DNA of 64,000 bases from Bigelowiella natans CCMP2755 (taxonomy: Eukaryota > Protista > Cercozoa): the NCBI GenBank assembly GCA_000320545.1, contig ADNK01002378.1, positions 1 to 64,000 of the forward strand, in the 5' to 3' direction. The notes under the pieces are model-generated. The model had not been told where the DNA came from. It worked only from the letters and a program-made list of their open reading frames with translations, and searched no databases. This document shows, piece by piece, positions 52,359 to 64,000 of this stretch. Every line of letters begins with the position of its first letter. The stretch's first letter is position 1. Made by a program: the position numbers and the translations under genes.

Positions 52359-53540
52359 AGTAGCAGTAGGAGGAGGAGGAGGAGGAGGAGAAAAGAAAGC
52401 TGATAGTAGAGCAGGAGCTGCAGCATCTTAAAGTTGATGCTACTGAATTGATGGATTGACATTGCTCCAAAAGCGAATTTGGGAAGTATCATGTTAGGAG
52501 GATTATTGTTACAAGAAAACTGGCCAACGATGGTGGAATAAGCTTTTTGAACTAACTGCGTATTTGTCATTAGGAGGAGCAGGGGATAGCGGCGACAGGA
52601 TGTTTCTTCAAGAATCGTACATCTACTTCTTTTCTTTCAGCTTCCCCGCCCCCCCAAAAATAGATTTCGATAGAATTTGACCTCTTATTTTGATGCAGTT
52701 AGAGGGAGTAAGTAATGGTAGCACTGTTTAGAGAATGCACACACTACTCTTTCGGCCAAGCATAAAAAGGCCTACTTTCCCTTCCCCCCCGCCGCCCCCC
52801 GCCCCCTCATCATCGTCACACCTCCCTCTCCTCCTCCTCCCTTTCTTCTTTGCCTCTTCCAATGGGCCTCTCATTAGAGGAAAACAGCGACAGTCAGGAG
52901 AAGCAGCATCGGTGCGGAATGGTGGCAGCGGAAACGGGCAGAACAGTGTGACCATTATCAAAATTCCATTCGGGTATCGATTGCGTTGGTAGCCTTTTTT
53001 GGTAGAAGTTATAGTAAATTAGCCTTTTCCCACCGGGCTGTGATATTATCCTACCCCCCCAGCGATAAGCTTTGGGTACCACTCCACCTATATCCTTGTT
53101 TTGCTCACATATATTGACTTCGTGAATTCATATTCATAAATGTATATGATCGCCCTTCTGGTGGTACCATATTAACTTGGATTGTTTGATAAGGTCGTTG
53201 CTCGAGACCAACAGTGACTCGTGGATAGCTCCAGACTACAATGATAATAACGCTCACAACGAAAGTACACATGATGAAACGATCAGCAGTAAGCAGGCCA
53301 TTCCTACTGCAGCGGCCGCTTCATCGTTACAACTCGATGTCGGCTCGTCTCGTGCGCTTTTGGAGAAGGATTCATGTAAAAAATGTGTCTATGTTTGATG
53401 CAGAAGAGTTGCTACGCTTCTTTTAGGGGCACTTTTACACCAACGATTTTCGCTCTTATACGCATGCATGACCAACCAGCAGATACACTGCTCTCGGTAT
53501 CACTCTACTGCTGGGAATAAGCGATTTTTCATCATGCGAT
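50152..53540 (+). CDS. Secreted Gln/Ser/Gly-rich low-complexity protein, multi-exon (3' end uncertain)
   Basis: Signal peptide MRKRKGFVGMLSMSCVLMLLSMPAAAHS; exons 50329-~50930, ~51312-51431, ~51570-51810, ~51969-52034; then phase-consistent exons GDRMFLQES|GKQRQ..KIPFG|SLLETNSDSW..; several poly-Q runs. Confidence 0.6.
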
Positions 53541-54106
53541 ATTAAACGTCATAGTTTCAATTGAAGCCATTTTATTGGTAGCCTAGCCAGAAGAGCGCTA
53601 ACTCAGCAACCACACGCGTCGATCGAAACAATTAGCTTGCCTACTTTGTTGCCATGCTAGCACGCGAGCAGCACAGGCATCTAAAAGTGTGGGTGAACTG
53701 CATGTACGCTGCTAAGAAAATGAAAGCATAGTAACTACCGAAATGATCAACGCACATGTGCTGCACCACACATTGCAACCATCATGTGTGGCCCCATAAT
53801 TAATCCCCGCCAGTGCCACCACAACGAGGCGCATCAAAGAAAGGCACATCAAACGAATTGGAGACATGTGATCACAATGGCCATGCTTATCATGCATGCA
53901 AAAATTTAGAATTTTAGATTGATACCTAAAACACACTATATTTCTGCGAGCGTGCGTGGGGAACGACGAACCGCTAGACATTAATCACTAACACAATAAC
54001 TACAACTACTACTACTGCTATTAATACCACTACTATTCCTACTACTCTTACTAATAAATACTACAACCGCTGGGCAGTGCTACCACAGTACGTCTCTTTG
54101 TGACGC

Positions 54107-55133
54107 CTATTGCGACATGCCGAGAGCTGTCTCCTCCATGCACATGTTAAACACATCCTCGAAGGCCTCAGCAGCTGACTGCTCTCTTTTTAGGGCGACA
54201 TCCAGCTCTGATGGCGCGCATGATACGAACGTGTCCGCAATATCCGCAGCTCTGAAGTACCTGGGTCAGCACACATGGAAAACGGCGAGCTGTTGACTTT
54301 CCTCCTCGACGATTGTTGGAATGTGCGTGTCATTTTTCTTACCTTCGGTAGTCGACCCTCTTCGCAGAAGTTGGACTACTTTCCAGCGGATTTCTCTTCG
54401 AGATAGCTCCGCCTAGCTCTGCTGTAAAGTTCGTGCATGTCGTTTATAAAGAAGGCCGAGGAATTTATTTTCGGTTGTGATCAGGTGAAAAACTAGTGTT
54501 TTATTTGCATCATAAAATGATCCCAGGAGGTTTGTTTTTTAATATTCATAAGTGAATCCGTGTCTAGTGCGTTTGTCTTTGCAATCGTCGTTTTAGATTC
54601 TGTTTCAATTCTTTCCCAACGGTGCGTTGGGTTTGTGGATAGATGTAACACCGTCGCTGAGCTTCTTCTTCGGTATCCTGGGATAAGACATGAAGATGAT
54701 ATGAGCATCTTTCCTCCCATACATACGAACACGCAACCACACAAACACGCACTCACACAATGTCATAGAGGTGCAAATGTATAAATATCTGGTATATCGA
54801 CATTCTCGTTCCGAGCTTCCTATTCTCCTTCGATTCCTCTTTGCATGCCGCCAGGTGCTTCAAAACACCCTTACGACCGTCTTGATCCCCATCATAATCC
54901 TGACCAACACAACAATTTCACGGCCGCTCACAAACATGAGATATATCGCTGCAGAGTCACCTGCAAGATCTTGATGCTTTTTCTCCTGGATTTCGGGCTA
55001 AGCGCGAAAGATCCTCGCCGATTCTTCACAATGCTCGCTCTAAGTTAGGCAGCAACTTATTGTTTGGCGGTGATCGATTGAGGCCGTTCATAATCCAACG
55101 GAAAATGTGAGAAGTGTTATCTCAAAAGCTCTC

Positions 55134-55203
<70 letters not shown>

Positions 55204-57001
55204 CTTCTTGCATATCCCAATGTGCATACTATACAACTCACGAATACCGTCGCACACTCTGTCGCCGCTTCTTTTGGGCCTTTGATAACATAATTAATTG
55301 GAATGAAAACGATGAAATGAGTGCGAAACTGGAGATGAAACCCCAATCGAAACGTTCCTGCAACCAATAGCTCACAGGAATACCCCGGCCCAAATGAAAA
55401 GGCAAAAAGAAAGGCTAGGCGGAGGAGATCTGGCTTGAGTAAGATATGTTATTTACTGCAGGAATTTACCTGTCGTTTCTCCTTCTCTTTAAGCTCCGTT
55501 TCGGCGGAGCGCAGGTCGCGAAGAAAACCACAGAATGTCATCAACACTGTGTTCCAGTCACGGCTATACACATAGTAGCAACGAGGGAAAAGACGCCAAT
55601 AACGATGGCGACATCAGTAATGATTCGTTTATCGAGGTTACTATGAAAGGCAATACGCAAACAGAATGGCATATTATTATTCCTATTGCGTGCAATGTAT
55701 CTATCCGACCCTTCTTCTTTGGTGGATTTCTCCCCAAAAAATGACTGCAGCCGTAAAGACATCTCTTCAATCTCCTCCAATGTCTCCATGAGGCTGTAAA
55801 AGGTGGTGGTGTAGCTTTAAATAGTATTGTCCCGAACTCCATCCCCCCCCATCAACTCCAACAGAACACTCGTGCACGGGGTTGTATATGATACGGAGCT
55901 TTCAACGTAACAGGGTTAAATCCCGTATTAGACGACAGCACCAAAAATGAAGTCATGAGTGACACATGCTTTCATTTCAATCAGCTTCATCGGCGTTAAA
56001 TCATTAATGTATTCATGTGAGCCGGCAAAGGATGTTGGTGCGGAGCAAGGTGACAGAACCTCGAGGCTGCAGATCCCCATTCCTCCACCGCATACTTTAC
56101 TACGAAATGAAACCTTAGATAAAGATTGGAGGCAGAAGGGGGGAAACAGCAAGAGAGTGAGGTTTTGCAGCCAGAAACACGAACGAGAGACAGGCCAATC
56201 ACATGGACAACGAGATCACAACAACATGTATTAAACGAGTGAATCAGTAAGCGACCTGTCCTTGCGAGCTTCATCTTCTGCGTAGTCGAATGCTGGCTTG
56301 ATGCTATCAAAGGCCGCATTGTCCTCTTCCCCCTCCATTTCCTCATCCTCCTTGCTGACAACTTTGGCGTGCTTCTTTTGGATCGACGCGGAATTCTTCT
56401 CCTTCTTCTTCTTTTTATCCATCTTCATCTTCTTCTTATTAGTCTCCTCCTTCGTCTGAGAGTTTGTGCTCTTTCCTATGTTTCCATCCAGGAGATCCCG
56501 TGCCTTATCTGGATATACCATATAGCCCAACGTTAGGATTATCACCCACGAATCTGCACCCCGTAGTATGCATAATACTATCGATCATTTGGCATGTACT
56601 AACAACTTTCCATGTCCCGCCCCCCATCCGAATTCCGAAGGACCCGTGGTGCTCAGTGCTAGGGAGGTGGAGGGGGGATGGGAGGTGGGAGGAGTGACAC
56701 CTTGGTCATTGGTTTCTTTCCTTGTCTTCTTCTCAGCCTCGATCTCGTTGCAATTCTGCTGTCCTTCTTTCTTATCTTCTTCATCGCCGTCACCAGCTAT
56801 TCGTTCCACTTCTAAAGGAATCCCCGCTATTTCGTACAGCGACTTCGTCTTCAACGTGAAAGCTCCGATCGAGGCTTTGAGGTCGTTATGGTTTGCCTCC
56901 AAAGCTCTCTATATTTGCAATGCAATTGCGTTCAGAGAGAGAGGTGCCGGATTGATACGCAAAATTTGTAAGTAAGCTTTTACCCGTCTTTGTGTTCTTT
57001 G

Positions 57002-57043
<42 letters not shown>

Positions 57044-57754
57044 GCGTGTGCGTGTGCGTGTGCGTGTGCAGATGTTACTTCTCGCTTATTCACACCCACC
57101 ATACGTGTTTGCCGAATTATGATGAAGAAAGAGATGCGTACCTCGAAAATCTGCAAATCTTCAAAGACGGACCGAGCACCCTCATGTTCCGGCTGGAGAG
57201 AGGAAAGCAAGTAGATGGGGTGGGGGGGGGGAGGAAGAAATGGCGCAATATATATTCTACAGTTGGTTTTACTTGAATTTGAACGATGTATGCTATCATC
57301 AAGACGCCCTCCCCCCCCCCCCAACCCCGTGATGAAACACACCTGCTGTATCATCTTCGCCAAGAAGTGCAAGAGAGTGATATTGCCCTTACCGCGAATA
57401 GACCCTGGTAAGGAGTTGACGGGCAGAGAGCGGGGGCCAGTATGAGCATGCGTTTCAGAGAGTCTTCGCAACAATACTCATATTGTTGGTGTTTTATCGG
57501 TATCATCATCATCATCATCATCATCATTACGAACCGAGGCTCGAGAGAATTCCAATTTTAAAGCCGTGAGTACTTCGGCCTAGAAAGAAAAATCGGAGAA
57601 ACGGTCAGCACTTGACGAGGAGCCAGCCCCCTTGCCCCCCTGTTCCCCTCTCTCCAGTCGTTCGGTCAGAAACACGACTACGAAGATCCAGAGAGGATAA
57701 ATCAATCGACACTATTTGCATCTACGAAATAATCTTGTACAAAGCGATCTATAT

Positions 57755-57815
<61 letters not shown>

Positions 57816-59059
57816 ACACATATACATGCCCGCACAAATGCAACTTCTCATTATCCAACATCTCCTAACCATTCATGAAACTGCCGATGATGAGGATCAG
57901 CTTGAGCACGTAGCTAAGTGCACTGGAATTTTGCAGCCGCGTAAGGGCCTCCCTCACGCACCTTGTTAGGCAAATACAACACAGGCAGAGTCGCGAGTTC
58001 TTTAGCGACGATTTTGAGCTGTGTATCTGTGTTTATATTCACGCGTTTGTTGCGTGCGTGTGTGCAGTACTCGAGCGACGTCCGAAAGATGGCTATCTTC
58101 GCAGGGGCAGTTTTTATGAACTTCATCGTTTCGAGCCTCCTCGAAACCTGGCATAAAAACAATATTAAACAATATACACATTTAATATTTATATTTTTGT
58201 GTATATCAACACTTTTATGCGTGGGCGTTTGTGTCTGAACGCGTGGTCCTAGCAACGAATCACGGTGCAAACGCGTGAAAGCACAGCACATACGTTCGGG
58301 ATCGTGATCATCGATTTGAAGAACTTCTCCGCATCAGTAAGTACGTCTAATTCACCGTTGTATGCTGGATGGGAAAGAAAGGAACTCAGTAGTGTAGATG
58401 CCGACTTCATTTTCACAAGGAGATAATTAGCAAATATTATAATAATAATACTAGGGATTATCTCTCTCTCCCTCTCCCTCTCCCTCTCCCTCTCCCTCTC
58501 CTCTTTCTTTTTTCCCCCCCCCCCCCCCCCTTCTCTCTCTCTCCATCTCTTTTAATTGCCCGTCTTCCATTTTCATCGCTTTCGATATTCCGACTTTCCA
58601 ATATATTCGCGGATGCGTGTGTATGCGTTTGAGGCGTTTCTACACATACCCTCGAGAAGCTCGGTCTCGGCAGATGTCGGCATGACACGGAGCAAAGTCT
58701 CGATCTAAAGGAAGAAAGAACATCCGGGGGAAGAAGCAGAGAAAAACGGCCTGAAGTATATTCAAGAAATGAAACAAAAAAAGGCTGCGTGTACTAGGTC
58801 GTCCTGTATGCGGTCTATAGCGTCTGAAGCTCTTATCGAGACCGATAAACCTTCTTCTTCTTCCCCTGCACGTGGATATTGAAATGTAAGTAATTGTCCT
58901 CACAAAGCACGTTGCAGTTATGAAACAACTGTCACCAATAACGGTTTGCATCACCTTCCTTCTTCTGCGGGATGGACCCTTCGTACCTAGTATTTTGTCG
59001 TATATAATACATATATACCATTATGGCTGAATGAGTGTGTTCAGTAAATATGGGTAAAG

Positions 59060-59101
<42 letters not shown>

Positions 59102-59605
59102 ATCATGCTATCAGTCGATGCGAGTCGGGCGGAATCATGATCCGACTTATACACAGACATATTTTTCTTACTCGAAGATGATCCTCGCCACTCCCTTCGC
59201 CGCAGCAACGTTGCGCCTACGTTCAATTTCCAAAGTTTTGGGGTCATGTTCTTCTTCTTCCTCCTCCTCCTCATCTGCAGTGGTATCATCGTCGCTTGTC
59301 TTCTCGAGCCTCTGCTGCATCATTTGGCGCTTCTGCTTTGCTGACAGGCAAACAACTAATCCGAACTGCCTGACAAAGCTCTCCGCCACCGTATGGACAA
59401 TCCTCTCCACTGATTTAGGCGCCGGGGGGGGGAAAGAGGCAAGGGAGATAGGTGAGATTTATGTAATAAATATACTTGGTCATTGGTTGAATGGTGTGCT
59501 CATTGAATCAGTGTTTCGATATTTCATCGCACCGTTGTAGGATGGCGTTGTTGATGTAAGTAGTAAGAGGGCACAGAATCTCCTCTCCCATTTACAGCTC
59601 TCATT

Positions 59606-59683
<78 letters not shown>

Positions 59684-59969
59684 ACACACAAACACGCACA
59701 CACTTTTATCCCCTCCTCCTCCCCTCTCTCTCCCTCTCCCATCTTTGCATGAATCACGTACGCGGCGTCTCCACTGCGGGCATGGTGAACAGCATTTCGA
59801 GCTGAGGGCTAAATGACAAGTACCGAGCGAGCGATATCCCTGGGGAAGAGGAAAGAATAGGAGCAATATTAGTAGTAGTAGTTGTTGTTGCAGGTGAGAT
59901 GGGGAAAGAGTGAATCATCAATGAGAGCATGAAAAAGTAATCGAATTTAAGAAAGAATGCTATTTGAAG

Positions 59970-60005
<36 letters not shown>

Positions 60006-60222
60006 GAGGAAAGAACATAAGGAGGGGGTGAGGAGAGGCGCAGGGGGTTGGAGAAGCGTTTACAAAAGTTGTTAGTCTTGGAAGAACGATGCTCTTTAGT
60101 TACGTATCACAACCCAACATCCCACAACAACTTCGATAAATTATTCTTTTTGGAGAAAGACTCGTGGTGCGACGTAGTACCGGCATTCAGCACGCGTTTG
60201 GGGTCGAGGATCATCGCCTGCA

Positions 60223-60258
<36 letters not shown>

Positions 60259-63200
60259 GCGCACAGATGGTGTGCAATGATTGATTAATTTCTTCCGAGT
60301 TGTTTCTTAGATACACGCATTCGACATAGGCCTTTGCTCGTATAACTGTTGTTAAATAGGCTAAATATCTTCTTAAAGTGTAGTTGCTAAGCTAGGGAAG
60401 GTGAAGCTTGAGAAAGCAGCAAAGGTGCATACGCATATGCAACAACAACAATAGCAACTATCGTATTCACGACGTCACCACCTTCTTTTCTTCCTTATCC
60501 CCGCCCGACTTTACTGTTGTTGTTGTCGTTTTGTTATAATATTTTCAAAGAAAAATATTCACGGGATATATGCTACGGATTTATGCTGCTATTTCTTGCT
60601 CTCCCTATTTTCTGTTCCGCCCCACCCCTCTTTTGCTGTGTTAATTCGCAGTGTGGCAGTAAAAACGTGCATCTGTGCACGGATATTTGCGATGACATAC
60701 CACACCACCTAATCGATCGTCGCAAAGATGCGTAGCAGGAGCGAAATAATAAAAACAGAAAAGAGAAAGAGAGAAAGACAGAGGACCTCGAGTGCCTCTC
60801 CGACCCCGCTTCATTTTGGGAGCTGAGAAGTGGCCTTCCAAATCTGCCAGTACAGACCCAGGTCAGACAGTTTTTCGATATCATCAAAAGAATTGCATGC
60901 CATTTTGTCATCATCATCATCGTATCCTTGCCTTTACCAGAGAAGTCCACGAAGCTCGTGGCGGAGGTCGTATCGTCGCTTGCAGACACGAGTCGCTCCC
61001 AGAGCGTATCAGCAATGTCCATTGGGCCCAGCCTCACCCAATGCACCTGAAGAGATGATGATCACCATTTTGGATGCTGCTAATATCTATTAGTTTCTCT
61101 GTGCACAACCTTCTTCATTGGCACGCTAGGTTTTGGAATATCAAGGGCCTCTTTCCTCGGGGCTGATAGCCCCCCCATCATGGGAGGCGGCGGCAGTCCG
61201 GGAGGCGGCGGCACTCCCCCTCCCATCAAGGGCGGCGGTGGTGGAATCCCGCTCAAACCTGGAGGCGGAGGCAGTGCTAGATCAGGGGGGGGGGGAATGC
61301 TACTTGCCTCTTCCTCCTTTTCGTTTCCAGCTGCTCCTGGTAGTGGTGGGGGAGGAGTAGAAGGAGTCTTCCCTGGCATCGTTGAGGGGGCAAAAGAACC
61401 CCTTCCGCCGCTTTGCTGTGCTTCTCCGTTAGTGAGTGCATCCGGTAGCGTGCCCCTGTCAGGGCGTATTCGGCAACAACAAAAGCACAGTCGCAAAGGT
61501 TAGTTGCGTCTATGAGACCGAGCGCTCGACAAGGGCGTTCCCATTCAATTGCACGTTCATTCATTACGTGAGAAATTATATAATACTAGCTGCCAACCCC
61601 TCGCGGACGAATGCGCTGACTTCCTCTAACTGGACCTCGGTAAGGCCCTGTTGTTATCAGCGAAGAACCGCGAACAACAACACAGGCAGAACAATAGGTA
61701 GGGGGGAGGGAGAGAGCCCTCATTGAGTGGAAAGAAAAGACGATAGGCGTCCAGATGCAGCACACACATACGCACTCGTATACACACGCAGACGTCCAAG
61801 TATTGCAAGAAAGGAGAAATAAAACAACAGGCGAAGCCGCGTGTGTGATAAAACACGGATGATGCTATCGTGGCACCGATTTTGCCATGATAGAGCATAG
61901 CCTGAAAGGCGAGACTCGCTGTCCTGCACTCATTCCTCCATGAATCGCGCCGAATTTGCCACTGTTTCCACTCCCTCTTCTCGTCGGCGTCTCCAGGCTA
62001 TCATCAAGAGTGATCACACGATGCCTTGGCCCTGTCGTCGTGATAGCACGAAAGATGGTAGTAGTGAGTCGGTGCCAAAAGGGATGAAGAGGAAGAAGAA
62101 GAAGAAGATGAGGATAACGAAGACACGCATGCATTAACATCACCATCATCATTATCATCATCATCATAACTGCTATTCTACTCATCGCCTCTTTCTCTTT
62201 TGCAGGGGATATCGGCTTACGTGAGACGCCTGCAATCAGTCCCTGCATTGCACGGCCCCTGCGGCTCTGCACCCGCTCCGTTTTCTTCGTGCCCCCCCCT
62301 CGATGTTTTCCGGCGGAGGAAAGGCCCATCTTCTTCCGGAATAATAGTCCTTTATCATAGTGCGAGAATCGCGAAGAGGAGGTGCCGAAACCCGACTTTG
62401 GCGTTGCTTTCTTAGTCGATCGATTATCCGGCGTTTGGGAAGCATTCGAGTTCCTTCGCCGCCAGTTTTTCCGGCGTAATCGTGGGTCGCTTTGCGTTCC
62501 GTGGAGGGGCAAGTGAGTGTGGCTACGCACGTGGTCTTGCATCTGCCGGAGAGTCATCCTGCCACCTACAATGCGACCTACAATCGCTTTGTTTCTCATT
62601 TGTGTTTCATTGTATGTGGAATTAGTCGCTACCTTGGATGTATTTACGGTCTCGGCCGTCGCTGCCACCGTCATCAAAGACCTGGGGGCAGCTCCTTGGG
62701 CTCGCACTAGTTGAGGACGACGCGGCTTTTGAAGACCGCGAATACTCGTTAAATATCTGCGATTTGGGGCTGCTTAGATCGCTACCATTGCTGAAAGGGC
62801 TTTGCCGGATGCGCGACTGTGGATACAATCTATTCCCAGTCGTTGCCGCATGTTCGTTTGTGCTGATCTCATGTGCGAGTTCATGCGAGGGGCTAAAGGA
62901 GAACACTTTGGGGGATGTCCGGTAAGACGATGACAGGCTTTTCGATGGCTGGATAATTGCCTTCTATAAGTTGAACAGTGAAGTAGAGGAGCAAAAACAC
63001 GTCGTAAGGGGGGCGGGGGGGGGGGGGGTAAACAGTCTCTTCGAGAAGAAAGCGGAAGACAACACAGAGGGAAGAGAGACAAATACGTGTACATTCAGCC
63101 CAACCGCTCGTGCCGACTGTGAGAGATGCCGTTGATGCCTCCTTTTTGCACCTATACAAGGCATCACGACACGTATTGAAAGCGAAGAAAGAAACGAGTC

Positions 63201-63596
63201 ACTAGCATCCGCGGCGGAGCGCTGTAGCTGAGGATATAATTCACCTCTAGAACTCCTTGCCGATAGGTGGGTTGTCACTGAACAGATGGACCACGAATCA
63301 CTGATGTTCCTCGGCGTACTGTCAAGTGACGAGGAGGGGCAATGGCTGGAGTCGACCGCTATTGCCAGGCTTTTACCAGCAGATTCTCTCTTTTTCAGCG
63401 CCGTGGTTGGCGTGGGACGGGGCGAAGGAGACGCCCGAAGCTGCAGTCTAAATGGGGGAGAGGGGGCTGATTTTTGAATTGGACTTTCGTTAAAATAGGG
63501 ATCTGAAGACTTGACTCCAATGCTAGCGATCGATGTCCTATGAAGTCATTTAAGTGCGTGAGATTCAATGGAAAAGTGAAGAAGGAAACGATGTTA

Positions 63597-63634
<38 letters not shown>

Positions 63635-63706
63635 CACACGCCTGCAACAAACGGGCAAAACTGCACATCGTGTCACTCATGCAATTGCCAATCACAATCG
63701 CACGTG

Positions 63707-63742
<36 letters not shown>

Positions 63743-64000
63743 GGAAACATTATCATGAGAATTTCTTGAGGAAGTAGTAGACGACCCGGAATAACAACGA
63801 GCCTTCAATAGGGTTGCAGCCGAATCGATCGCTAATTGCGAGCTCCTCGACGGCAGCTGACCGACAGTGCTATGACTCTCATCGTCCTTATCCCCCATAT
63901 CCCTTCTCCCATCGTCCTCTTTGTCTTCAGAAATCAGAATTGGTGAATTGTTATAAACATCATCGTCATCGTCGCTCGGTGGCGAGGGGGGCGGAGTGTC
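54107..64000 (-). CDS. Formin (FH1-FH2), many exons; 5' part runs off the window end
   Basis: Poly-proline FH1 at ~61180-61360. FH2 motifs in order: [10 protein letters not shown]|HWVRL..TLWE; [10 protein letters not shown]|GISLAR; [18 protein letters not shown]|[19 protein letters not shown]|[10 protein letters not shown]; [10 protein letters not shown]|[15 protein letters not shown]|[15 protein letters not shown]. The C-terminal limit is tentative. Confidence 0.9.

Noticed and set aside
1-64000. CRISPR arrays, tRNA/rRNA genes, transposase or reverse-transcriptase ORFs
   Set aside because: None recognised by eye. tRNAscan-SE and Infernal would be needed to exclude small RNAs formally.

Overview
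Eukaryotic nuclear DNA, gene-dense and intron-rich (GT-AG introns, many filled with (CA)n/(TA)n/(GA)n/poly-G microsatellites). It is most likely from a chlorarachniophyte alga (Bigelowiella-like). This is inferred from a green-algal-type plastid ribosomal protein L28, a PLGG1/LrgB transporter and an RluA-family synthase that all carry bipartite signal+transit leaders. About 17 genes can be reconstructed by hand-splicing: LETM1, a signal-peptide EF-hand protein, NOL8, MAPK15/ERK7, rpl28, a FAD-dependent oxidoreductase, PLGG1, a small conserved protein, an Aha1-N protein, an intronless membrane-anchored UGT, a BET/GTE bromodomain protein, an S4-RluA pseudouridine synthase, a secreted Gln-rich protein, a formin and several hypotheticals. 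No tRNA, rRNA, CRISPR or autonomous transposon was recognised. The most striking unexplained signal is non-coding. Downstream of essentially every gene 3' end (convergent and tandem spacers, not divergent promoter spacers) lies a 0.2-1.1 kb patch of alternating purine/pyrimidine DNA packed with CTAG/TGCA/CATG palindromes. The patches share 10-14-mers (CATGCTAGCA x7, GCTAGACTG x5, CACCAGCTAGCCAG x2) and are a candidate undescribed termination, boundary or DNA-modification element. Exon boundaries are manual and approximate.
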